DNA from: Thermoplasmatota archaeon
GTDB taxonomy: Archaea; Thermoplasmatota; E2; DHVEG-1
Direction of reading: 5' to 3'
DNA: 64,000 nt
Assembly: GCA_025457885.1 (NCBI GenBank)
Contig: JALOTN010000007.1
Span: forward strand, 1,726 to 65,725
Shown here: piece after piece, positions 38,506 through 46,964 of the stretch
How the letters are laid out: every line of letters starts with the position of its first letter
Numbering within the stretch: the stretch's first letter is position 1
Notes under the pieces: model-generated
Database searches by the model: none
What the model was told of the DNA's origin: nothing
What the model saw: only the letters and a program-made list of their open reading frames with translations
Program-made: the position numbers and the translations under genes

Positions 38506-40227
38506 TTATTGTTGTTTGAACCTCAAACCCAGGTTTTGGAGCAGCTGAGTGATCTGTTGGAGGAAGTACTGCAGTTGGGTCGCCTGGTGTTTTTCAACGC
38601 TGACCGGCATGGTCACCTCAAGAGTGCTCCAGTCACTTTCCACACCGTAGGTGTCTTTGGCTTTTGCCTGGATAGTATAGCTTCCTTCCTCAGTCCATTC
38701 ATGGGTTATAGTGGCAATCGCCCCGGAGTTGTACGGTCCGATCCATTCGTTGGTTTGGCCGTCTCCCCAGTCGATGAAGTAATACACCTGATCACCATCG
38801 GGATCTGTTGTCAAGAGTTTGTAGAGATAGGCGTTCCCTGGTGCTCCCTCCGCTGGGCCGGTGATGGTTGGGGTTGCTGGTGGTCGGTCGGTGAGAATTG
38901 AAACTGTGATTGGTGTGGACCATCCGCTGGAGACGAGATTGATGTCCCGAGCTTTCGCTCGAACCTGGTAATTTCCTGCGTTCGCCCATGATTTCTGCGC
39001 TGAGGCTGATATTCCAGGGTTATAGGGACCAAGCCATCCGCTGTTGGTGCCGTCTCCCCAGTCAAAGAAGTAATAGACATCTTCTCCGTCTGGTTCTGTC
39101 GAGACTGCAGTATAGGTGTAGAGTTCATTGATGACTCCGCTGTCTGGACCATTGATGACTGGTGTTGAGGGTGGATTGCTTAACAATCCTGCCTCGGCAA
39201 GCTCCGCCAAGGTAGCAAGGACGAGTTTGGTGTTTTTTACCGCATAGGTGAGGTTGATATGCTCGATGGTATCCTGGGGCGAATGGTAATAGGGTGTCAT
39301 GGTGTATTCAAAATAAAATAACGCGGAAAATCCGTTCTGCCAGAAATAATAATGGTCGCTGCCACCTGATAATCCTGCATCGTGTAAAGCAAGGGTCCCG
39401 ATATACTCGGAGTATTCATTGTTAACTCCTATGGTGTAGTCATAGAGCCATTCTGATTGACTATCTTGGTAGACATCCAGGTTGTTCCCATCATTGGTGG
39501 TGATCGCATAACTGATCATGTCACAGTTCAGGACGCCTATGATATCCCATCCTTGAGCAGCTGCCTCCGAGGCGTATACCTCACTGCCGAGAAGGCCTTC
39601 TTCTTCTCCGGAGAAGGCTACGAACTTAATGGTATGGTTGAATTGGTATTGGCTCATGATCTTTGCAGCGATTAAGACCGCAGTTGTCCCTGAGGTATCA
39701 TCATCAGCCCCAGGACTGGAGGACACCGTGTCATAATGACCGCACACGATGTAGATGTCATCGCTTGTCTCATCGGTGCCGTTCAAGGTCGCTTCAACAT
39801 TATCTGAAGTATACCCTCCGTTGGTCCAGTGATGATATCGCACCGCTAACCCCATGTTTTGGAATTCATTGTACATATATTCTGCTGCGGCGATGCAGGA
39901 AGCACTCTCGGTGGGTCGTGGTCCATTCACAGTCAAATTTTCTTCATAACTAAGGAAAAGAGCTTCGTCCACCTGCTCAATGATGCTAACAACAACATCA
40001 TCCATTATGACCGTCTCTGCTTGTGGAGAGTGGCGGAGGATGGGTGTGTCTGGTAACGCATCGAGTGATGGCATAGGTGCGTATGCGGGACCCGGTGGTT
40101 GATTCCGTGGTTCCGTGGTGTTCATGGTCGTGGATTCCCCTGGTTGGATTGGGAGAGCCGTTGCAGGGAAAACGGTTAGGATCATCAGCGTTGATACAAC
40201 AAGACAAATAAATCTACTCTTCTTCAT
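38506..40227 (-). CDS. Secreted M28-family aminopeptidase fused to two PKD domains and a helical C-terminal tail
   Basis: Has a signal peptide. M28 metal-ligand blocks CGHYDTVSSSPGADDDTSG and FSGEEEGLLGS are present. Two PKD units (EPDGEDVYYFFDWGDG; DPDGDQVYYFIDWGDG) precede the tail YFLQQITQLLQNLGLR. Confidence 0.8.
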   Translation of the reverse strand: MKKSRFICLVVSTLMILTVFPATALPIQPGESTTMNTTEPRNQPPGPAYAPMPSLDALPDTPILRHSPQAETVIMDDVVVSIIEQVDEALFLSYEENLTVNGPRPTESASCIAAAEYMYNEFQNMGLAVRYHHWTNGGYTSDNVEATLNGTDETSDDIYIVCGHYDTVSSSPGADDDTSGTTAVLIAAKIMSQYQFNHTIKFVAFSGEEEGLLGSEVYASEAAAQGWDIIGVLNCDMISYAITTNDGNNLDVYQDSQSEWLYDYTIGVNNEYSEYIGTLALHDAGLSGGSDHYYFWQNGFSALFYFEYTMTPYYHSPQDTIEHINLTYAVKNTKLVLATLAELAEAGLLSNPPSTPVINGPDSGVINELYTYTAVSTEPDGEDVYYFFDWGDGTNSGWLGPYNPGISASAQKSWANAGNYQVRAKARDINLVSSGWSTPITVSILTDRPPATPTITGPAEGAPGNAYLYKLLTTDPDGDQVYYFIDWGDGQTNEWIGPYNSGAIATITHEWTEEGSYTIQAKAKDTYGVESDWSTLEVTMPVSVEKHQATQLQYFLQQITQLLQNLGLRFKQQ

Positions 40228-40263
40228 AGTTGGTTTACCCCCAACATATTATACTTACTATAG

Positions 40264-40273
40264 TATTTAAAAT
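40264..40273 (-). promoter_or_regulatory. TATA-box-like TATTTAAAAT upstream of the M28-PKD copy B
   Basis: Same spacing and flanking sequence (CCCCAACATATTATAC...TAGTATTTAAA) as copy A, so the duplication includes the promoter. Confidence 0.35.
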
Positions 40274-40338
40274 CTCACAACAAAATGTGTGTTACATCCT
40301 TTTTTTTATATCGTATGAAGAAAAAGCCTGCACATACA

Positions 40339-40351
40339 TTTATATATAAAA
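40339..40351 (+). promoter_or_regulatory. TATA-box-like TTTATATATAAAA upstream of the FG-GAP/PKD gene
   Basis: Centred about 37 nt upstream of the ATG at 40382. A GGGGAA box sits at 40371-40376. Confidence 0.35.
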
Positions 40352-40381
40352 TTTACTTTATAATGAGATTGGGGAAAAAAA

Positions 40382-42427
40382 ATGATAAGAAAAATATTCT
40401 GTTATCTTCTAGGCTTAAGCATACTATTAAGTGGTCTTGGAATTATTGGGGGTTCTGGTGAATCACCTCAGGAGATCCAAGAGAACAACCTTTCTCCTGA
40501 TCTTTCTGCGGTACTATTCACGATAGCTCAAACTTCATTTTCTGAACAAACCTCTTTGGATTCGCTGATGCAAACACTGACCGGTAAAGGACGAACAGCT
40601 GAGTATCCCATGGGGACTCTCATTTGGCAGTATCAGATTAGTGGAGGTTCTGATAATAGCCCAAAAGCGATTGCTGCGCTTGATGATATCAATGCGGATG
40701 GAATTGATGATGTGGTGATTTGCTCTGAGGATAATACTATCCGTTGTTTTAGTGGATTTGCTGATGGCACCGGTGTCGTCCTTTGGACTCATGAGATTTA
40801 TTCTGGGAACATCTATCAACAGCATGGACTGGCAATAACCCAGGATATTGATGGGGATGGATACAAGGATTGTGTGGTTGGTGCCACTGGTGGGGCTCGA
40901 TTGATTCGTTGTCTTTCTGGGAGTGATGGACAAACAATCTGGACGCATGATACCCATGAGTATGGGGATGGTGGCTGGATCTATCAGGTGGATTGTTCGT
41001 ATGATTACAATGAGGATGACGTCCGTGATGTGGTGGCAGCAACTGGGGATGATTCCTCAGGGACTGGTCCAAAACGGGTCTATTGTCTGAATGGCCTTTC
41101 AGGAGATTCTCTGTGGGAGCGACCCCTGGGTGGCCCTGGGTTTGCCGCGATGGGTGTGAAGGATTTCACTGGTGATGGCATCCCTGATGTGCTCGCGGGA
41201 TGTTCCGATGATGCAGAGACCGATGGTTTCGGCATTGGGATTAATGGAGCAACTGGTGCGCAGATGTGGTCGTATCCAGCGGCTGGGTCCTCTGTCTGGG
41301 GTGTCGAACAGCTCGATGATGTGACCGGTGATGGGATAGCTGATGTGATCATTGGTGATTTCTCCGGGCATATCTATGGGATCAATGCAGCGACTGGTTC
41401 ACAAGTGTATACGCTTCAGATTGGAACGGTGATCATCACTCGTTTAGAACGACTAGGTGATGTAAATGGAAACGGGTATGCGGATATCATCCCTGCGCAT
41501 AGTACGACAACAACGACGCAGGTAATTGAGGGATCTACTGGTGGGGTCATCTGGTCTCATTCAGTGGCGGATCAACCCTGGAACGTGGCACGTATCGCAG
41601 ATATCACCGGGGATGATATTGATGATGTGCTCCTTGGGACGTTGTTTAACAACAATTATGTGTATTTCCTGAATGGTGTCAATGGCTCTGAGTTAAAGAA
41701 AATCTCGTATGGTCAAGCGGTGGATGCGATCGCCAGCATACCTGATGTCGTTGGTGACGGGTCCATGGAGATGGTGGCTGGCGGGCGGAACGGGAAAGTG
41801 AACTGTTTGTCTGGTGGAGAGAACGCAACACAGCATCAGGTGAGTATCACCGCGGAGTTCAGTGCATCTCCTGTATCAGGCAGCGTCCCTCTGGTGGTTC
41901 AGTTCACAGATTTGTCCACCGCGGAGAACACGACGATAACTTCTTGGGAATGGGATTTTGAGAACGATGGGACGGTTGATTCAACTGATCAGGATCCCAC
42001 CTGGACGTATACCGAAACAGGGACGTTTACTGTCTCATTGACGGTCTCCGATGATGACATCACTGATACCGAGACAAAAGTCGATTATATCACGGTTCTC
42101 CCTGAAGGAACCAGGATGGTTGAGATAGGAGCCATCACAGGTGGATTGCTAGGGGTCAGTGCGGAGATCCGCAATAATGGCACGCTTGATGTGTCCTCTG
42201 TCAACTGGAGCATCGCTCTTGATGGGGGATTGATCCTGAAAGGAAAATCCACATCTGGTACGATTGTTTCGCTCCCAGTCAACGATTCACAAATGGTGGT
42301 TGATAAACCAATCATTGGTTTTGGACGAGTGATCATCACGGTCACTGCAACAATCCCCGATGGTGAGCCAGTCACAAAGACAGCAACAGGTTTTCTGCTT
42401 CTGTTCATCATCCTTGGTGTGAAATAA
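40382..42427 (+). CDS. Secreted FG-GAP/VCBS-repeat beta-propeller protein with PKD domain and C-terminal beta-sandwich module
   Basis: Eight repeats of the D.(N/D)GDG..D(V/I) type are present (DINADGIDDVV, DIDGDGYKDCV, DFTGDGIPDVL, DVTGDGIADVI ...). PKD unit is WEWDFENDGTVDS. Confidence 0.75.
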   Translation: MIRKIFCYLLGLSILLSGLGIIGGSGESPQEIQENNLSPDLSAVLFTIAQTSFSEQTSLDSLMQTLTGKGRTAEYPMGTLIWQYQISGGSDNSPKAIAALDDINADGIDDVVICSEDNTIRCFSGFADGTGVVLWTHEIYSGNIYQQHGLAITQDIDGDGYKDCVVGATGGARLIRCLSGSDGQTIWTHDTHEYGDGGWIYQVDCSYDYNEDDVRDVVAATGDDSSGTGPKRVYCLNGLSGDSLWERPLGGPGFAAMGVKDFTGDGIPDVLAGCSDDAETDGFGIGINGATGAQMWSYPAAGSSVWGVEQLDDVTGDGIADVIIGDFSGHIYGINAATGSQVYTLQIGTVIITRLERLGDVNGNGYADIIPAHSTTTTTQVIEGSTGGVIWSHSVADQPWNVARIADITGDDIDDVLLGTLFNNNYVYFLNGVNGSELKKISYGQAVDAIASIPDVVGDGSMEMVAGGRNGKVNCLSGGENATQHQVSITAEFSASPVSGSVPLVVQFTDLSTAENTTITSWEWDFENDGTVDSTDQDPTWTYTETGTFTVSLTVSDDDITDTETKVDYITVLPEGTRMVEIGAITGGLLGVSAEIRNNGTLDVSSVNWSIALDGGLILKGKSTSGTIVSLPVNDSQMVVDKPIIGFGRVIITVTATIPDGEPVTKTATGFLLLFIILGVK

Positions 42428-42469
42428 CCAGCGATATCAGAAGAGACCTCAAGGGTGAGGACCTTGAGT

Positions 42470-43324
42470 TTATTCTTCCTTTTTAAAGAGTGGTGTGACA
42501 AGAGGAGCAGGTCGTTCCCAATGTGTATGGACCGCGAGGTTTTGTCTAAGGATCTGATAATCAGCAAGAGCGGGGTTGAACTCTTCGATTTTACCAATCA
42601 CGTAGTTGATGCTGTGGTTCCCGATGTTTCGTAATGCGATGTCGATAGGGATCCACCCATGGACAGGTGAGTGCAGCTCCGCCCAGGCGTGTGGCTCTGC
42701 TTCATTGGTGCCAGGATGGATATAGTACCCAGTCAGGCGACGAGCGGGGAGACTACGGATTCGTGCGAGGGTGATGAACAGGTCAGTGAACTCATCGCAG
42801 TCGCCAGTTCCTGTGCGCAGGACGGTATCCGCTCCAAGGCGTTTGTCCTGTTTCTCGGGGTATTGTATCGTTTTATTGATGTAGGTGTATATCGCAGAGG
42901 TCCAGTTGCGAAGATCATCGGTGGTAAACCAGGATTCCTCCGAGATGTTCTTGAGTGCTGGTGAATCGACAGGCCAGTAGGTGAAGCTTTGTTTGTATTT
43001 TCGTTGGAGCGCACGGGGGATATCTGAGATCCGCCCCCAGGATGTCTGTGGTGAAACGGTCGAGAGCGTTGGGTAGATGCAGACAATCCGTTCAATGGAG
43101 ATGGTTGTTTTTGTTCGGACTTTTTTTGAGAAAAGGAAGAATCTGTTGTCTTTTTTGCTTTTTACTTTACAGTCTGCAGGGGGGTGAGTGAGAAGAACAA
43201 TCTGTCGATATGAGGGATAATGATAGAACTTAAGTCTGATGGTGGGTGCCCCGCTGTTCGCACGGATGAAGAGGTGTTCCTGATGATGGAGTTGCCATCC
43301 GATTGGTTGGGGTTTCGTCTGCAT
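42470..43324 (-). CDS. Transglutaminase-like cysteine protease-fold protein (cytoplasmic)
   Basis: Core triad context: GTGDCDEFTDLF (Cys), PHAWAEL (His) and WIPIDIA (Asp). Start moved to MQTKPQP at 43324 to remove the overlap with the upstream gene. Confidence 0.7.
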   Translation of the reverse strand: MQTKPQPIGWQLHHQEHLFIRANSGAPTIRLKFYHYPSYRQIVLLTHPPADCKVKSKKDNRFFLFSKKVRTKTTISIERIVCIYPTLSTVSPQTSWGRISDIPRALQRKYKQSFTYWPVDSPALKNISEESWFTTDDLRNWTSAIYTYINKTIQYPEKQDKRLGADTVLRTGTGDCDEFTDLFITLARIRSLPARRLTGYYIHPGTNEAEPHAWAELHSPVHGWIPIDIALRNIGNHSINYVIGKIEEFNPALADYQILRQNLAVHTHWERPAPLVTPLFKKEE

Positions 43325-43386
43325 AGCTGGTTGGTTTGAAGAATCAGGTGTATAAATAGATTTCTTGTGAATCTTTTTTAAGATCG

Positions 43387-44307
43387 TTAGGGGCGGTTCG
43401 GACCGACGTTGACGGCGAGTGCGGAGCCAAGGAAATACATGGTGTCTGTTCCACTGTAGTAGATAAGTCCGGAAAATCCAAGGCATCCTCTCCAGCTGTA
43501 GTTCATGTACCAGTCAACCTGAGGCTGCCAGCCGCCGGTCATGGTCTGTCCCCAGAAGCTGCCAGTGATGTTTTGTCTCCCGTTCAGTCCATCGGTCTGG
43601 ATCCATCCTTGCGCGGGGTATAACCAGTTTGGGTAGGGGGCGTAATGGTAGTTGCCGAAGTAAAGGCAGACGCCGAGGTGTCGTCCATCCTGGTAGAGGA
43701 ATCGTGAATTGATTTTGCTGATCTCATTGAAGATGATGTATAATCCAGTGGCAAGTTTCCGTAACGGTTCGTTAGCCGTGTTGTAATCGATGAGGTAGTA
43801 CATACGCAACGCGATTCGTTTGGCGAGTTTTGCCACATGCGTGTTGCTGGTGTTCCCTGCTACTGAGCAAAATGTATTTTGGATTGTTCCATTGACGTCC
43901 TGTTGGTGGAGGAATCTTTGAGGGAGGGGACTTGTTCGCTGATGAGTGTTCACCAGACGCTGCGCCTCCTGGATGCTCAAATCCTCTGGGAGGAGATGGT
44001 TAGTGGCAAGCTTCATAATCATGTCATCGAACATTTGTTGTGTTTCATGAGACGTCTGTGAAGTGGAGAGGCGGTTTTGAAGGTCATAAAAGAGTCTTCT
44101 GATGATTTCATTTTGTTGCGGCGATATCTGGATTATCTGCGTTGCAGGTTCCGTAAGGCTGGGGGAGAGCGCTGTTGTCGTATCAGTCTGATTTTTAGTG
44201 ATGATCTCGGTGATGGTGATGCTGGAGACACTGCTGTTCGTGAAAAGAACAAGGATTGCAAATACCAATAGGATTCTTTTGATTGAAGGATGGTTCATAC
44301 CATTCAT
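43387..44307 (-). CDS. Hypothetical secreted/anchored protein (306 aa), paralog of 48506-49426
   Basis: Has an N-terminal signal/anchor. Shared blocks with the paralog: YPAQGWIQTDGLNG vs YDPAQGWVTSLGLLG, and GFSG...FLGSALAV vs GFVG...FIGSSALV. Confidence 0.5.
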   Translation of the reverse strand: MNGMNHPSIKRILLVFAILVLFTNSSVSSITITEIITKNQTDTTTALSPSLTEPATQIIQISPQQNEIIRRLFYDLQNRLSTSQTSHETQQMFDDMIMKLATNHLLPEDLSIQEAQRLVNTHQRTSPLPQRFLHQQDVNGTIQNTFCSVAGNTSNTHVAKLAKRIALRMYYLIDYNTANEPLRKLATGLYIIFNEISKINSRFLYQDGRHLGVCLYFGNYHYAPYPNWLYPAQGWIQTDGLNGRQNITGSFWGQTMTGGWQPQVDWYMNYSWRGCLGFSGLIYYSGTDTMYFLGSALAVNVGPNRP

Positions 44308-44469
44308 AACCTTAAATGAATTATAACCATCTTTCTCTATAATAATATTATTGTTTGAAGAAACCTTCCTGGCTTATGATGCTTTGGCAGTCCAGGCAGA
44401 TATCGGTCGGGAAATCATCAGGGAGCGCTGTGCCGCAGATTTTACAGTATCGTGGCATATGTTTTTCCA

Positions 44470-45828
44470 TTATCCTTCGATGGGATACGGTGCTTGTGCA
44501 GGATGCCAATCAATAAAGAACCAGAGGAGCCCAGGGCTCTTATAGGGGTGGGATCGTGGTTTGTCCCAGTAATTCTCATTCCAGATGTTCCTACGGATTG
44601 GATAGGGTATTTGGCCGTCCAGTTTAAAAAAATATTGTCTAAAGAATCCTGGAAAGGTTGATGCGCTTTCATTGTTTCCAATAAAATTATTCTGAAGGAT
44701 TCTATCAGCACTGGTCCACATCGAATATATTCCTTTATCATTAGAAGAAATATTGTTACGGGACAAGACCGTGTGATATGATCCTGAGAGATAGACACCG
44801 GTGCCATCCTGAGAGATTCTATTATGGGAGATATTGCTGTTCAGGGAGAATATCACGATGATCCCGATCTCGTTAGAGGAAATGACATTCCCTGTAATAG
44901 TGTTGTGATGACCGGAGACCCATACTCCTCCCATATTCTGGGTAATAAGACATTTCGTGATGGTGTTATACCCACTCTGTTCGAATGATTGGTTGGTATT
45001 CATTGCTCCAATGGCGAGGCCATAAATCTGATTATGGATTAGAATCATATCAGAAATATTTGTGTGATTTGAGGAGATGAGAATCCCTGAGAGATTACAA
45101 CCTTCGATCGTAAATCCTGATACCGTGACAGAGTCTGCTGTGATCCATATCCCGAAAAGCTCAAGGGGATTCTCTCCGGTCCCGTTCGTAGAACCATTTA
45201 CAATGGTGGTGTTTTTCTCTTCACCAAGCAACGTGATGGAGACGTCTACAAAAATATTTTCAACATAGGGGGATGAATCATCATACACAAACACGGTATC
45301 TCCATTGCTGGCGTTATCAATTGCATCCTGAATCCTGGTGTAATTCTCTAGTCCATTTCCTCCGACATACAACCAGGGTCCTGTCGATGCAAGGATAAAA
45401 TCATGGATGGTGTTTTCTGTGATCGCCAGGGAGACCGATACGGGGATGTATCCTGGTTTGGAGCCGGTCGCATTTTTCATGCAATAGCAAAGAGGGATGT
45501 CGGTGACATGATAATACCCGGTGGCATCACTGTAGTCCTCTCGGTAGGTCTCATGGAAGTCCACCCGGATACAGGCTCCTTCTATCGGGTTCATCTCTGT
45601 ATCTGTGACATAGCCGGAGAGTGTCCCGGGTTCCTCAACAAAAATCAAAGGACATTCTGAGGATAATATTTCATTAAGTCTTGCATTGTCTGTGGCGATA
45701 CAGGGGGTAAGCATTATCCCTGTGAACAACAGGATTATTCCAAAGACGATTATTTTCCTATTCATCATATCATACCTCTCTTTAGGAATCATTTTTTTCC
45801 TCTGAGCATACCTTTCATATTCCATCAT
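44470..45828 (-). CDS. Secreted CarboxypepD_reg-like + right-handed parallel beta-helix (NosD-like) repeat protein
   Basis: Has EEPGTLSGYVTD...ATGYYHVTDIP (carboxypeptidase-regulatory-like) and WLYVGGNGLENYTRIQDAIDNASNGDTVFVY, followed by N/G-rich ~22-aa helix turns. ATGA overlap with the upstream gene. Confidence 0.65.
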   Translation of the reverse strand: MMEYERYAQRKKMIPKERYDMMNRKIIVFGIILLFTGIMLTPCIATDNARLNEILSSECPLIFVEEPGTLSGYVTDTEMNPIEGACIRVDFHETYREDYSDATGYYHVTDIPLCYCMKNATGSKPGYIPVSVSLAITENTIHDFILASTGPWLYVGGNGLENYTRIQDAIDNASNGDTVFVYDDSSPYVENIFVDVSITLLGEEKNTTIVNGSTNGTGENPLELFGIWITADSVTVSGFTIEGCNLSGILISSNHTNISDMILIHNQIYGLAIGAMNTNQSFEQSGYNTITKCLITQNMGGVWVSGHHNTITGNVISSNEIGIIVIFSLNSNISHNRISQDGTGVYLSGSYHTVLSRNNISSNDKGIYSMWTSADRILQNNFIGNNESASTFPGFFRQYFFKLDGQIPYPIRRNIWNENYWDKPRSHPYKSPGLLWFFIDWHPAQAPYPIEG

Positions 45829-46964
45829 TCAATCGGAAAAGGATCCTTTGCAGGATTTGCATCAACATTGATCCAGGGCATCCAGAAATACGTGGTTTCA
45901 TATGGGTTGAATTGAAGGAATTTTTTTATGTGTGTATGGATTTTCCCAAAGATCAGTGTACGGCTAAGAAGATGGAGGGAGTCAGTCCAATAGTTATTGT
46001 CCCAGATGTTCCCATGGGATCGGTTCTCCTCTGCGAACCATGCGTCTTTTTCGTTCTGGATGAAATTGTTCTGACTTACGGTTGTGGCAAAGCCTGTGAT
46101 CGCGACACCAAAAGAATTGTTCTTGAAGAGATTTCCTGTGATCTGATGTGTTGAACCACCAAGGCTAAGTCCAACCCGGTTGTCAAGAAACAGGTTACCA
46201 GTGATCGTGTGTTTCTCGCCGCCACCACTTAATCCATACCCGTTTTCTAAAAAAACATTTCCTTGGATGTTTGACTCTCTCCCATAGAGAACTAGTCCAC
46301 TTCCCTGGGAGTTCTTAAAGGTGTTGTTTTCGATGACCAGAAAAGTTCCACCGACCTCCATCCCATTAAAATTCTCATCGAACAGATTATTTCTTATGGT
46401 AATAGGCCACAGGTCACCGAACAGATAGATCCCGCAGTGGTTCAAGTAGAAATTATTATTTTCCAGGATAATCTGGAAGTTATCCCAATCATATTGGAAT
46501 TCCACTCCTCGATAGCACTGCATGATGTTATTGTCAGAAATGGTTATGCTGAATAATTCTCCTCGCACGTAAATCCCACTGTCTTCTCCGATGATGGTGA
46601 ACCCGTGGATGCTGATGTCACTTTTTTTGATGGTAATGGTATCTTCAGAGGTGTTTGTCTCAATGATCGTGGTATCTCGGTTTTCTCCGATAATGGTTAA
46701 GCTCCACGTATCAATGATTAGTGCTTCATGATACGTCCCCTGGTAGACGTAGATGGTGTCTCCGGTGGATGCATTATCGATGGCATCCTGAATCTTAGTG
46801 TAATTGCCTGGTCCCGCTCCACCAACGTATAACCAGTTTCCCTGGGGTGATGAAAATGCTTGTTTCACCGGTTGTGCAGTCGCTGGGTAAAAACAGACTC
46901 CAAGGAACACAATAATAATTCCAAGGGTGAAGATTTTTTTCAAAGAATCATATTGTATTTTCAT
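45825..46964 (-). CDS. Secreted right-handed parallel beta-helix (NosD-like) repeat protein
   Basis: Has WLYVGGAGPGNYTKIQDAIDNASTGDTIYVYQGTY and repeated helix turns. C-terminal motifs are NYWTD and DANPAKDPFPIE. Confidence 0.65.
   Translation of the reverse strand: MKIQYDSLKKIFTLGIIIVFLGVCFYPATAQPVKQAFSSPQGNWLYVGGAGPGNYTKIQDAIDNASTGDTIYVYQGTYHEALIIDTWSLTIIGENRDTTIIETNTSEDTITIKKSDISIHGFTIIGEDSGIYVRGELFSITISDNNIMQCYRGVEFQYDWDNFQIILENNNFYLNHCGIYLFGDLWPITIRNNLFDENFNGMEVGGTFLVIENNTFKNSQGSGLVLYGRESNIQGNVFLENGYGLSGGGEKHTITGNLFLDNRVGLSLGGSTHQITGNLFKNNSFGVAITGFATTVSQNNFIQNEKDAWFAEENRSHGNIWDNNYWTDSLHLLSRTLIFGKIHTHIKKFLQFNPYETTYFWMPWINVDANPAKDPFPIE

Noticed and set aside
43325-43486. N-terminal 54-aa extension of the transglutaminase-like ORF
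   Set aside because: It overlaps the 3' end of the upstream 306-aa gene by 100 nt and is Arg/Trp-rich off-frame-like sequence. The internal Met at 43324 removes the overlap.
44347-44458. Possible small zinc-ribbon ORF (MPRYCKICG...) in the 163-nt gap between the beta-helix gene and the 306-aa paralog
   Set aside because: Careful re-translation gives only one CxxC pair and a 45-aa product of no recognisable type. There is no TATA or SD support. It is too weak to call.
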